DNA from: a virus
Direction: 5' to 3' (one strand)
Virus record (IMG/VR): IMGVR_UViG_3300046684_000205
Coordinates: 1 to 64,000 of that record
Length of the DNA stretch: 64,000 nt
Shown: positions 26,075-34,957 of the stretch, piece after piece
How the letters are laid out: every line of letters begins with the position of its first letter
How positions within the stretch are numbered: position 1 is the first letter of the stretch
Made by a program: the position numbers and the translations under genes
Notes under the pieces: model-generated
Seen by the model: only the letters and a program-made list of their open reading frames with translations
The model's database searches: none
What the model was told of the DNA's origin: nothing

Positions 26075-27628
26075 TCAGGCTCCCGTCACGGTGATGGCGG
26101 CGCTCGGCCGGCACGGCAGGCCGTACGTGTCGCCCGGCACGGTGTCGTTGTCGACGAGGACGGCCGCCAGTGCGGTGGTGGCGCCGTAAGGTGCATTCAT
26201 CAGACCGAAATCCATCGTGAGCGCGCCGACAGGCGCCGACGCGAGCGTGAAGTCGACAGTGTCCGGGCCGGTGATCCTAGTCGCGGTGTAGCTGATCTGT
26301 GCGCCGCTGGCGCCGCCGTCGTAGAATCGGAAGCCCTGCAGCGGCACGCTGCTGCCATCGCCGCCAGCCGCGTCCTTCAGCAGCGTGCCAAGGGCATGCT
26401 GGAACTTGGCGGTCACGGTGACGTTGCTGCGCGTCCCGCTCAAGAGCTTCGGGCCGCTGCCGCCGTCGCCGGTACCGAGAATTCGGGCTGCCGCCGACTT
26501 CGCATACCGTTTGCCTTGGCGCGCCTGCGAGAGGCCGTCGAAGTGGATGTTGGAGGCGCCTGCCAGATTGGCGTCGATCGCCGAGCCGCCGCAGAACACG
26601 CCCGGCGTGCCGGCGTTGGCGGCGAGGAAGCCGAGTTCCGCCTGACGGATCACGCTCATCCAGTTCGGGTCGGTGTTGTAGCCGGCCGACGGGCCGACGA
26701 AGACCAGGCCGAAGCGCAGATTGGCGCCGTAGCCGGTGTCGTTTTGCAGGCCGGCCAGCATGCTCTGCAGCGCGGCCTGGTAGCCTGCCAGCTCGCCATC
26801 CTCACCTTGCAGGTAGTAGATGGTGCGCGGCTTGGAGCCGGATGCGGCCATGGCCTGCAGGGCCTTGTCGTAAGCGCTGCCGGCGGTGCCGGGCTGCCAC
26901 TGGCTGATCTTCGAGCCGGTCACGGCGTAGTTGGAGATCGTCACCATGCAGCCGAGCGCAGTCGACAGGTAGTTCGCCATGTGGATGATGCCGTCGGCGG
27001 AGGTCGAGCCGGATTCGACGTTCGGCGGATCCGGGTAGCCCGGCGAGCCCCACACGGTGCCCGGCGGCAGGGCATCGTTATAGCTGCCAAGTCGTTTGTA
27101 GGCGAGGCTGGTGAGCGTGGTCCCGCTGAAGGTCGCCGCCGTCGTGTACGAACCCTTGCCGCCGGTCGGGTACTTCCCGGTGGTCGACTGCGACAGGAAC
27201 GCCATGTTCGACTGGCCGATGAGAAGCACGTGTTCGCCCACGCCGAACTTCCGCGCGCAGGCTGCGGTGATCGATGGGTCGGTGGCGTCGCGCACCTGGA
27301 ATTCCAGCGGCTCCAGTGTCGACGGCAGCAGGGCACCGGCGCTGAACTGACTGCCGGTGAACGACGGAGAAGTTGCAGGCGTCCACGGCGTCCAGGCGGC
27401 GCTGGTCGCGGGATTGTACAGCCGCCACTCGAGCCCGACCGGGTTGCCGGTGTAGGAGCCGGTGAAGGTCACGAATGCCGTCGTGACGCCAAGGTCGCGC
27501 TGCAGGGCCTGCCGGTCCTTGGCTGCGATCTCGTTGAGCGTCAGGCTCGATGCGGCTTGGCGCGGCGTCGCCGAAGCCAGGCCGCCGCTGCGCCTGCGCA
27601 GCACTCCAGAAGTTCGGCGCAGGACCAT
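26075..27628 (-). CDS. Virion-associated SGNH/SASA-family carbohydrate acetylesterase
   Basis: IGQSNM, YYLQGE and NIHFDG motifs. Confidence 0.8.
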   Translation of the reverse strand: MVLRRTSGVLRRRSGGLASATPRQAASSLTLNEIAAKDRQALQRDLGVTTAFVTFTGSYTGNPVGLEWRLYNPATSAAWTPWTPATSPSFTGSQFSAGALLPSTLEPLEFQVRDATDPSITAACARKFGVGEHVLLIGQSNMAFLSQSTTGKYPTGGKGSYTTAATFSGTTLTSLAYKRLGSYNDALPPGTVWGSPGYPDPPNVESGSTSADGIIHMANYLSTALGCMVTISNYAVTGSKISQWQPGTAGSAYDKALQAMAASGSKPRTIYYLQGEDGELAGYQAALQSMLAGLQNDTGYGANLRFGLVFVGPSAGYNTDPNWMSVIRQAELGFLAANAGTPGVFCGGSAIDANLAGASNIHFDGLSQARQGKRYAKSAAARILGTGDGGSGPKLLSGTRSNVTVTAKFQHALGTLLKDAAGGDGSSVPLQGFRFYDGGASGAQISYTATRITGPDTVDFTLASAPVGALTMDFGLMNAPYGATTALAAVLVDNDTVPGDTYGLPCRPSAAITVTGA

Positions 27629-28936
27629 TTACGCTCCAGTGAAGGACAGACCAGCCGGGTTCGCATTGACAGGCTGCCCGACGAACGTAGCGGTGGCTGC
27701 GTTCGGATCGACTGCCACGAACCACTCGCACCACTTGCGGGTGTCGCCAGCCGGGATCCACAGGATCGCGTTGTCGACGAAGTTGCCATTGCCGGCGTTG
27801 AAGCCGCAGCTGACAAGGCCGTTCTTCGACGAGCCACCGTTGCTGTTCTGATTCGGGGTCGGCGGGGTAGCGCTGTAGTGCAGGACGTCAGCTTCGGTTG
27901 GCGTGACTCCCAGCGGGAACCAGCCGGATACGACTCGAGCCGGGATGGCGGTGTCGGAGGCGCGCTTGAAGTACCAGTAGCCGTTGTTGTTGATCGTCGT
28001 CTTGTCGACAGCAAGACCCTTGCCAGCAGGCGCGTAGTTGAAGGTGTAATTGGCAGCAACGCTGAGGTCAATTGCCGGCGAGCTCGGCTTGATGGCATTC
28101 GCGCCATTCGTGCCGGGGTAGCCGGTCAGGGTGTATGCCGGCAGAGCTGCTGCGGCATTGACTGCGAAGGTGCCTGAGGTGCCCACCACGCCGATCGAGT
28201 TGTGGTCGCGCACCTTGACGCTCGCCGAGGCGTTCGCCGCGCTGATGACCACACCGGAAATCGAGTAGGTGCCGCCACCGCCGCTGATGGCGCTGATGGT
28301 CGGTGCGCTGGCCTGGGTCCAGGTGGAGCCGCCGTCGGTCGAGTAATCGAGTGCGGTCGGCGCGCTGCTGTAGCCGCTGTAGGCGCCGGTGACGGCGAAC
28401 GCGGTACCGGCAGTCTGCGCTGCCGGGGTGTTGACCGTGATCGACGGCGTCGGTGTGGCCGTGCCGCCGCTGCCGACCTTGGCAAGGATCTGGGCTTCGA
28501 GGTTCGCGTAGGTGATCTGATAGCTCTGCCCGGTGGCTGGGTTCAGCCACTCCTGCACGTAGTCAGGCGGTACCGTGGTGATCGTCGACAGCTGGTTGAC
28601 CGCTACGCCGTTCAAGTATGTCGCCGGCACGGTGTTGTAGATTGTGAGGGTCGTGCCGGTGTAGGTCGGGATGGTCGCGCCACCAGCCGAACTGCGCAGC
28701 ACCTGGCGGCGTGTGATCTGGGTGCTCGACGTGATGTCGAACAGGCTGATTTCCCAGGCGCCAAGGCCGTCGGTGACATCGAACGGTACGCCCTGGTCGC
28801 CCGCAGTCAGGTCACCATTTGCCACGGCCGTCGAAAGGGTGATGCACTCCTTGTCGAAGGCCACGCCCATATTGAATACGCCGGCGCCCGCGGCAGAACC
28901 GACGACCTTCAGGTGGTCAACAAACTTGTAAGTCAT
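27629..28936 (-). CDS. Fibre/receptor-binding protein with conserved N-terminal anchor and Ig-like domain
   Basis: WEISL...ITRRQVLRSS...IYNTVPA anchor; DYSTDGGSTW; Thr/Gly-rich. Confidence 0.7.
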   Translation of the reverse strand: MTYKFVDHLKVVGSAAGAGVFNMGVAFDKECITLSTAVANGDLTAGDQGVPFDVTDGLGAWEISLFDITSSTQITRRQVLRSSAGGATIPTYTGTTLTIYNTVPATYLNGVAVNQLSTITTVPPDYVQEWLNPATGQSYQITYANLEAQILAKVGSGGTATPTPSITVNTPAAQTAGTAFAVTGAYSGYSSAPTALDYSTDGGSTWTQASAPTISAISGGGGTYSISGVVISAANASASVKVRDHNSIGVVGTSGTFAVNAAAALPAYTLTGYPGTNGANAIKPSSPAIDLSVAANYTFNYAPAGKGLAVDKTTINNNGYWYFKRASDTAIPARVVSGWFPLGVTPTEADVLHYSATPPTPNQNSNGGSSKNGLVSCGFNAGNGNFVDNAILWIPAGDTRKWCEWFVAVDPNAATATFVGQPVNANPAGLSFTGA

Positions 28937-28945
28937 GGCGGATCC

Positions 28946-29368
28946 TTATGCCGGTGTCGGCAGGGTGACGGTGCTCGCGGCCAGCGAGAAGGCCGCGGCA
29001 GTCGAGCTGATGTTGGCGCCGAAGTCGTCGTACGCGATCAGCTCTTCGGAACCGGCGGCGCCGCCGCGCCGTTTGTAGTAGACCGCGCCGCGCGCGGTGA
29101 TCGTGCTGGCCGGCCAGCTGACGGCGCCGAAGGTGACGGTGTTCTTGTGGTTGACCGTGTCCTTGGCCAGGGTGATCGGTACGGCGATGCCGCCAGCGGT
29201 GTAGCCAGCGCCGGACACTTCGCCGGTCACGCTCGACCGATAGATATGCGCACCCACATTCGGCGTGTAGGAGGCATCGACCAGCGCCACATAGAAGGTG
29301 TCGGCAGATGCGACGATGTTGCCTCTCAGAACTTGGTCGAGAAAGCTGTCGTAGGCGGTGGAGGCCAT
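28946..29368 (-). CDS. Small fibre structural subunit (140 aa)
   Basis: DTFYVALV..SYTP...EVSGAGYTAGG...TITARGAVYY...DFG; widespread phage structural family. Confidence 0.8.
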   Translation of the reverse strand: MASTAYDSFLDQVLRGNIVASADTFYVALVDASYTPNVGAHIYRSSVTGEVSGAGYTAGGIAVPITLAKDTVNHKNTVTFGAVSWPASTITARGAVYYKRRGGAAGSEELIAYDDFGANISSTAAAFSLAASTVTLPTPA

Positions 29369-29488
29369 GGCGATTCCAGTGGGAAGATGTCAGAATGCAA
29401 GAATTCTGGCACGCTTCTTGCTGGAAGTAAAGCCGGGAAATTATGCAACAGAAACTTGCTAAGGAGCCATTACCCAGAGAAAATTGTT

Positions 29489-29517
29489 TTGACACAACTC
29501 AAAAGTTTGCTTACCCT
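29489..29517 (+). promoter_or_regulatory. Sigma70-like promoter TTGACA-N17-TACCCT for the rdgC2/replication arm
   Basis: Consensus -35, 17-bp spacer, in the AT-rich divergent intergenic region. Confidence 0.7.
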
Positions 29518-29550
29518 AATAATTCCCTTCCCGAGAGAAAGTCCAACACC

Positions 29551-30402
29551 ATGTGGCCCAAGAGCGCAACCATATTCGGCATCAGCCCGAAAGCACAATT
29601 TCCCGTCGAGCAGCTTGAAGCTGCTCGTTTTGTTCCTGTCGGCGATCTGCAGCTGACGTCCTGCGGCTTCGTGCCGATTCAGGGCGAGCTGGCATACCGG
29701 CAGGGCAAGCACCTCCTGCTGCGCTTCATGACGGAAAAGAAACACCTGCCGGGCTCGGCGGTGGCGGTGAAGCTGGAAGAGAGGTGCGCCGCGCTGGAAG
29801 ACGAGCAGGGCTTCCCGCCCGGCAAGAAGGCGCGTAAGGAGCTCAAGGAGCGGATCGTCGACGAGCTGCTGCCGCGCGCGCTGTCGTCGCGCCGTACGAC
29901 CCTCGTCTGGATCGACCAGGTCCAGCATCGCATCGTGATCGACTCGACCTCGAACAGTGTGGTCGACGAGATTCTGAAGACCCTGCGCAAGACCTTCACC
30001 GGCGAGCTGGGCATCTGCGACGTCAGCTGGCCGCGCGACAAGGTGATCACCGAGTGGGTCAACGACGAGGCGCCGCACGACTTCACGCTGGACGATTCGC
30101 TGGTGGTGCAGTACCCGGGTGCGAAGGGCAAGGTCGTGAAGTTCGAGCGCGGGTCCTGCGACGACACGGACGTGATGGACAGCCTGCAGCGCGGCGCCGT
30201 CGTGCAGTCGGTCGCCATGACCTTCGGCAGCCGCCTCTCGTTCGTCATGACCGACAACAACCAGATCCGCAAGCTTCGGGCGCTGGACGTGCTGCAGGAA
30301 GGCCGCGACGCCGAGAAGGATGTCGACCGCTTCGCTGGCGACGTCGAGCTGATGACGCGCGAGCTGGGCGTGCTGATCGATCGCCTGGTGCGGGAGGCGT
30401 AA
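29551..30402 (+). CDS. rdgC: RdgC (copy 2, divergent)
   Basis: EKKHLPGS, QGFPPGKKARKELKERIVDELLPRALS, RFAGDVELMTREL. Confidence 0.9.
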   Translation: MWPKSATIFGISPKAQFPVEQLEAARFVPVGDLQLTSCGFVPIQGELAYRQGKHLLLRFMTEKKHLPGSAVAVKLEERCAALEDEQGFPPGKKARKELKERIVDELLPRALSSRRTTLVWIDQVQHRIVIDSTSNSVVDEILKTLRKTFTGELGICDVSWPRDKVITEWVNDEAPHDFTLDDSLVVQYPGAKGKVVKFERGSCDDTDVMDSLQRGAVVQSVAMTFGSRLSFVMTDNNQIRKLRALDVLQEGRDAEKDVDRFAGDVELMTRELGVLIDRLVREA

Positions 30403-30704
30403 TGGCGATCCGGAAAATTGGCATGCTCACCGAGGTCACGCCCGGCCAGTACATCTGCATCGAGCCGCTGATGCGCGACCACATCTGCAGCTCGCCGCTG
30501 AAGGTGCTTCGCCGCAGCGGTAAGCGGGTGTATTTCGAAAACCGGCATGGTGAAGAGAAGTTCTGCGCTGTCGGCAGCGTCGTTGCCCTGTGCGACACCC
30601 AGGAGGAGGCCGCGGAGCTCTTCGCCATCAGCCTGTCGCAGTTCGACCGGCTGCGCGAGGTGCGCAACGAGCACAAGGCGCAGTTCGCGGCCCTGCTCGC
30701 ATGA
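30402..30704 (+). CDS. Hypothetical protein
   Basis: TAATG-coupled; GGAGG RBS. Confidence 0.7.
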   Translation: MAIRKIGMLTEVTPGQYICIEPLMRDHICSSPLKVLRRSGKRVYFENRHGEEKFCAVGSVVALCDTQEEAAELFAISLSQFDRLREVRNEHKAQFAALLA

Positions 30705-31804
30705 GCACGGCCTACTACAACGAGTTCGATCCCGGCGCCGCGGCGTGGCTCCGGGAGTTGATTAAAGAGAAGCTGATCGCGCCGGGCGTGGTCGACGAAA
30801 GGAGCATCGCAGATGTCACACCCGGAGACCTTGCCGGATTCACCCAGTGCCACTTCTTCGCCGGCATCGGCGGCTGGTCCTACGCTCTCCGACTTGCAGG
30901 CGTCCCTGACAGCCGTCCAGTCTGGACTGGAAGCGCTCCTTGCCAGCCTTTCTCCTCGGCAGGCGAGGGAGCGGGGTTTGATGATGAGCGGCACCTATGG
31001 CCCGCTCTCCACCACCATGCCCGCGTCCGACGCCCTGCAGAAATCCTTGGAGAGCAGGTTGCAAGCAGTCTCGTCGACCCATGGATCGACCTTGTACAAG
31101 CTGATCTGGAAGCCCTGGGCTACGCCGTCGGGGCGCTCGCGTTCCCGGCTTCGTGCGTCGGTGCCCCGCACATCCGCGACCGCTGCTACTGGGCAGGCCG
31201 GCTGGGTGACACCGACCTCCCGCGACTGGAAGGACTCGGGAGCCGATATCAAGCCGCGCTCGGACAATGGCAAGGAGCGCCTGGATCAGCTGCCGCGGCA
31301 AGCGAACTTGTGCGGCTGGTCCACGCCGATCGCCAACGAGGCCAAGGCGGGCACGCCCTGCTCCAACCAGGTGACGGTGGGCATGGCGGCGCAGCTGACG
31401 GGCTGGCCGACGCCGCGCGCGGTGGATGGCAGCAAGGGTGTGGACCCGACGGCGGACACGCTGCGCGGCACGGATCTGCCGACCACGGCCAGCTGGACGA
31501 GTGGGATCGCCGTGCCGGGCCCGGCCCGACTAACGGCTACTGGGAAGCTGCTGACTGGCTTGCTTGCCGAGACAGCCGATGGCGGCCTGTTGAATGCGGC
31601 ACACAGCCGCTGGCTCATGGGCTACCACGAAGCTTGGGATCGTGCGGTGCCAGGGTGGCAGGACTGGCACGCATGGCAGGTCTTGATGCAGCAAGCCTTG
31701 GCCGAGCAAAGAGCTACCGCGTGACGGCGCTGCGAGGCTATGGCAATGCGATCAACGTCTATGCCGCGAAAGCATTTATTGAAGCGTTCTACGGGAGCAT
31801 CTGA
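30701..31804 (+). CDS. DNA cytosine-C5 methyltransferase, alpha chain
   Basis: FFAGIGG, GSAPCQPFS, EQV, PHIRDRCY and C-terminal LRGYGNAI; motif IX is not visible in this frame. Confidence 0.9.
   Translation: MSTAYYNEFDPGAAAWLRELIKEKLIAPGVVDERSIADVTPGDLAGFTQCHFFAGIGGWSYALRLAGVPDSRPVWTGSAPCQPFSSAGEGAGFDDERHLWPALHHHARVRRPAEILGEQVASSLVDPWIDLVQADLEALGYAVGALAFPASCVGAPHIRDRCYWAGRLGDTDLPRLEGLGSRYQAALGQWQGAPGSAAAASELVRLVHADRQRGQGGHALLQPGDGGHGGAADGLADAARGGWQQGCGPDGGHAARHGSADHGQLDEWDRRAGPGPTNGYWEAADWLACRDSRWRPVECGTQPLAHGLPRSLGSCGARVAGLARMAGLDAASLGRAKSYRVTALRGYGNAINVYAAKAFIEAFYGSI
30813..31724 (+). CDS. Putative methyltransferase beta chain, nested in the +1 frame
   Basis: Own AAGGAG (30799-30804); three GWxTP repeats; motif-IX-like LNAAHSRWLMGY. 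Confidence 0.75.
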   Translation: MSHPETLPDSPSATSSPASAAGPTLSDLQASLTAVQSGLEALLASLSPRQARERGLMMSGTYGPLSTTMPASDALQKSLESRLQAVSSTHGSTLYKLIWKPWATPSGRSRSRLRASVPRTSATAATGQAGWVTPTSRDWKDSGADIKPRSDNGKERLDQLPRQANLCGWSTPIANEAKAGTPCSNQVTVGMAAQLTGWPTPRAVDGSKGVDPTADTLRGTDLPTTASWTSGIAVPGPARLTATGKLLTGLLAETADGGLLNAAHSRWLMGYHEAWDRAVPGWQDWHAWQVLMQQALAEQRATA

Positions 31805-31987
31805 ATGATCCAGTCGACTATAGCCAAGCTGGAGCACCGCCTCCGCGTGGCGCAGTCCGACCTTCGAGACTGCAGCAATCCGAAGTACCCGCACCTCAAT
31901 ACGGCCGAGATGGTCAACCAGACCAAGCAGCGGATCGCGGTCATCGAGCGCGATCTGGCAGCGGCCCGGCGGGAGGTATCCGAATGA
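31805..31987 (+). CDS. Small coiled-coil protein
   Basis: GGAG RBS; fits tiling. Confidence 0.65.
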   Translation: MIQSTIAKLEHRLRVAQSDLRDCSNPKYPHLNTAEMVNQTKQRIAVIERDLAAARREVSE

Positions 31988-32319
31988 CCAGCGGAAGACT
32001 CGGCCCCTGCGCCAAGTTGGAGGTGCGCTGCACCATCGTCACGCCCGACGGCAGCCGTTTCGTCGGCGAGAACTGGTGCGCGCATCCGCAGCCAGCCTGC
32101 CCGCGCGCGCCCGGCGAAGGCTACGAAAAATGCCAGACCGTCTGCGGCCAGATCGGCCACGCCGAAGAAGTCGCTGTGATGCTGGCCGGCGATGCCGCGA
32201 AGGGCGCGCATGCCTATGTCGAAAACCATACCCACGCCTGCCGCAACTGCCAGGAAGTCCTGTTCGGCCAGGCAGGAATCAAAGCGCTGACCATCGGCGC
32301 ACCACCGGAGAAAGTATGA
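31984..32319 (+). CDS. dCMP/cytidine deaminase-like Zn protein
   Basis: HAE and ACRNC motifs plus an extra Cys cluster. Confidence 0.8.
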   Translation: MTSGRLGPCAKLEVRCTIVTPDGSRFVGENWCAHPQPACPRAPGEGYEKCQTVCGQIGHAEEVAVMLAGDAAKGAHAYVENHTHACRNCQEVLFGQAGIKALTIGAPPEKV

Positions 32320-32522
32320 AAAACTGCACCAAGGACGATCTGCCCTTCGAATACATCAAGCCGGCGCCGCTGAACCAGCGCGTTATCCTGCTCGAGCGTG
32401 ATGGCTCGATCACGACCGGGCCATGGAAGGGCCCGGCGATCGGCAGCAATGCCCGCTTCATCGCCTGGCACCCGCTGCCGGCGCGCGACCTGGACCTCGA
32501 GCGCAAGCTCGAGCGGGCATGA
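32316..32522 (+). CDS. Hypothetical protein
   Basis: APLNQRVILL...FIAWHPLP. Confidence 0.7.
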   Translation: MKNCTKDDLPFEYIKPAPLNQRVILLERDGSITTGPWKGPAIGSNARFIAWHPLPARDLDLERKLERA

Positions 32523-32965
32523 TGTCTGGCTTGAGCCCTGACTCCAGGCGCAGCCTGGAGGAGTTGGCCAAGGTCCAGGCGCTGGTCCGGCGCGTCTCCA
32601 GCCCGTTCTGGATGCACCGACCCACGGCCTGGCAGTGGGTCGGGCCCGACGGCCGGCCGCAGGGCTTCGCGCCGATGGCGGGGACGAGCCCGGGCCTGTG
32701 TAACCTGCTGTGGCTAGCCATGGAATTCGACCGGCCGCCGCAGGTCTACCAGGCCAGCCACAACGGGCTCTACATCATCCTGCTCAGCCAGGCCCACAAC
32801 GCGATGCTGGACGGCGAGCCGCTGACCGACTGGGCCAGCGTCCTGACGCTGCGCGAGTTCGCCGACAGGTTGCCGGCCACGAGCGAGGCGGAACTCGCTG
32901 TTGAGCGTGCCTACCCGCTGCTGAAAACACTTGCCGCGCGGAGGCTTGCAGATGCTCACACTTGA
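32519..32965 (+). CDS. Hypothetical protein
   Basis: ATGA-coupled. Confidence 0.65.
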   Translation: MMSGLSPDSRRSLEELAKVQALVRRVSSPFWMHRPTAWQWVGPDGRPQGFAPMAGTSPGLCNLLWLAMEFDRPPQVYQASHNGLYIILLSQAHNAMLDGEPLTDWASVLTLREFADRLPATSEAELAVERAYPLLKTLAARRLADAHT

Positions 32966-34394
32966 ACAGGTGATCGAGCGCTACCCCTTCCCGCATCCGC
33001 TGGGAGGGGTCATGACACTCGAACCGATGCAGAAGGAGGATATCGTCAAGGCGGTCATGTGGCGCCGCGCGCTGCTCGATCTACCGGTCGGCTACGGCAA
33101 GACGGTGATCGCGACCGCCATCTCCCTGGTGCTGCAGCCGCAGCTCACCATCATCCTGGTGCCGCCGGTTCTGATCCCGCAGTGGGTGGCCTGGCTGGGC
33201 AGCATTCCCGGCGCCGGGCTGGCGCTGGCCTACGACGCCCCGCCGAAGAAGCGGCAGGCGCTGCCCCTGCAGGACGCGGACTGGCTGGTGATGAGTTACC
33301 AGGTGTTCAACAATGACATCGAGCTGCTGCGCAGGCTCTGCGCCAAGGCCGAGGTGTTGCTGGTGGTGGACGAGGCGCAGGCACTGAAGGGTCGTGGCGT
33401 GCTGTTCAAGAATGTGCGTAATTTCGCGGCGGGCCGCGACTTGATCACGATGTCGGGCACGATCGCCAGCAAGCCGGGCGACTACTACAGCTACATCAAG
33501 CTCAACACGCCAGACACATACGGGACCTATACGCAGTTCGAGAACATCCATGTCAAGGAGCGCGACATCTTCAAGCAGCCGATCGAATGGCACAATCTCG
33601 ATCTGCTGCAGACCAACCTGAACATGCGGCGCATCCACCGCACCAAGGAGGAGGTGCACTCGGCGCTGCCGAAGGCGAAGGTCATCCCGATCTATTACGA
33701 CCTGTCGAAGGAGCACATGGCGCTGTACCGCCGCCTGATGGAGGAGCAGCTCCTGCTGCTGGACGACGGCGGCAAGATCGACGCCACTACTGCCACGCGG
33801 CTGTATCACGCAGCGCAGCAGATCGTGATCGATTACGGCTTCTTCGCCGGCGACGAGACGAAGCGCTCGGCGATCTTCGACCTGGTCGACGGTATCGCCG
33901 ACGAGATCAACCTTGGCGGCGAGATCCTGATGGACGGGAAGCTGCAGCCGGCCAGCAAGCTGATCCTCTGGACCACGCACAGGAGTGTCTCGCGTCTGAT
34001 CGGCGAGCACATGGATGCGCGGCTTGCGCCGATCGGCAAGAGGGGTGTGATGGCCTTTTCCGAGGTCGACTCGAAAGCGAATGTCCAGCAGTTCATGAGC
34101 GACCCGAATACGGTGAATTTGACAGCGCAGCCGGGCAGCGCCGGCGCCGGCCTGAACCCGCAGTATTTTTGCTGGGAATGCGCTTACGTGCAGCTGCCGA
34201 CGACCACGATCCCCTTCATTCAGTCCTCGGGTCGGATCGACCGCAAGGGGCAGCGCTACAACCCGAACATTCGGTTGCTCATCGCGCGCGGCACGATCCA
34301 GGAGCAGCTGCTGAGGAACCTCATCAAGAATGACGAGCTGGTCAACAAGGCAGCCGGCTCGAAAGGTGCCATCAAAAATATGATTTTCCCGTAG
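32952..34394 (+). CDS. SNF2-like superfamily 2 helicase
   Basis: VGYGKT, VVDEAQ, MSGT, GAGLN and QSSGRIDRKGQ. Confidence 0.9.
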   Translation: MLTLEQVIERYPFPHPLGGVMTLEPMQKEDIVKAVMWRRALLDLPVGYGKTVIATAISLVLQPQLTIILVPPVLIPQWVAWLGSIPGAGLALAYDAPPKKRQALPLQDADWLVMSYQVFNNDIELLRRLCAKAEVLLVVDEAQALKGRGVLFKNVRNFAAGRDLITMSGTIASKPGDYYSYIKLNTPDTYGTYTQFENIHVKERDIFKQPIEWHNLDLLQTNLNMRRIHRTKEEVHSALPKAKVIPIYYDLSKEHMALYRRLMEEQLLLLDDGGKIDATTATRLYHAAQQIVIDYGFFAGDETKRSAIFDLVDGIADEINLGGEILMDGKLQPASKLILWTTHRSVSRLIGEHMDARLAPIGKRGVMAFSEVDSKANVQQFMSDPNTVNLTAQPGSAGAGLNPQYFCWECAYVQLPTTTIPFIQSSGRIDRKGQRYNPNIRLLIARGTIQEQLLRNLIKNDELVNKAAGSKGAIKNMIFP

Positions 34395-34452
34395 GAAATA
34401 GCTGTAGAATTCCGGATTCAATAGGTAGTTCAACCGTATAAGGAATAAGAAG

Positions 34453-34950
34453 ATGGACAACGCCGTACTCGGCAGAGCTGAAAGACTCAGCCTGCAGGCG
34501 CGCTGGCTCAATGCCCGGATGACGGGCAATCCTCTCTGGGAAGCGCAGGAACCAACGCCCCGGCTCCTGACTGTCAGCCAGAACCGTGCCTTCGTCGCCT
34601 GGCTGCCTGATGCCGCCGGCCGCCCACAAATCGTCGACGTGTTGCACGCCGCCGACATCGAAGCCTCCTTCACGACTGGCCTGTCGCTGGTTTTCGAGGG
34701 CCGCGCCAACAGCTCGCTGCTCCGCGTCTCGGCCTACCCGCGCGAGATCTTGCCAGGGGTGTTTGCCTGGCTGCCGGCCTTCTGCGAGTTCCGCTTCGCG
34801 CCGCGCGACTACGAAAACCCCTGCGGCACCTGGCGCGCGACCATACCCATGCTGGTGCGCGCCGCGCACCGCGAGGACGTGAGGACGGATTGCATCCGTT
34901 TCTCGCCGATCAAGGAGTTCCGCGCCCAGTGGCCTGACGTGTCTGTGTGA
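34453..34950 (+). CDS. Hypothetical protein
   Basis: Fills the gap before the primase; RBS present. Confidence 0.7.
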   Translation: MDNAVLGRAERLSLQARWLNARMTGNPLWEAQEPTPRLLTVSQNRAFVAWLPDAAGRPQIVDVLHAADIEASFTTGLSLVFEGRANSSLLRVSAYPREILPGVFAWLPAFCEFRFAPRDYENPCGTWRATIPMLVRAAHREDVRTDCIRFSPIKEFRAQWPDVSV

Positions 34951-34957
34951 GGGCGGT

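Noticed and set aside
25583-28177. 864-aa plus-strand ORF
   Set aside because: Antisense shadow of the real minus-strand fibre genes; Arg/Ala-rich, no motifs, expected from GC codon bias.
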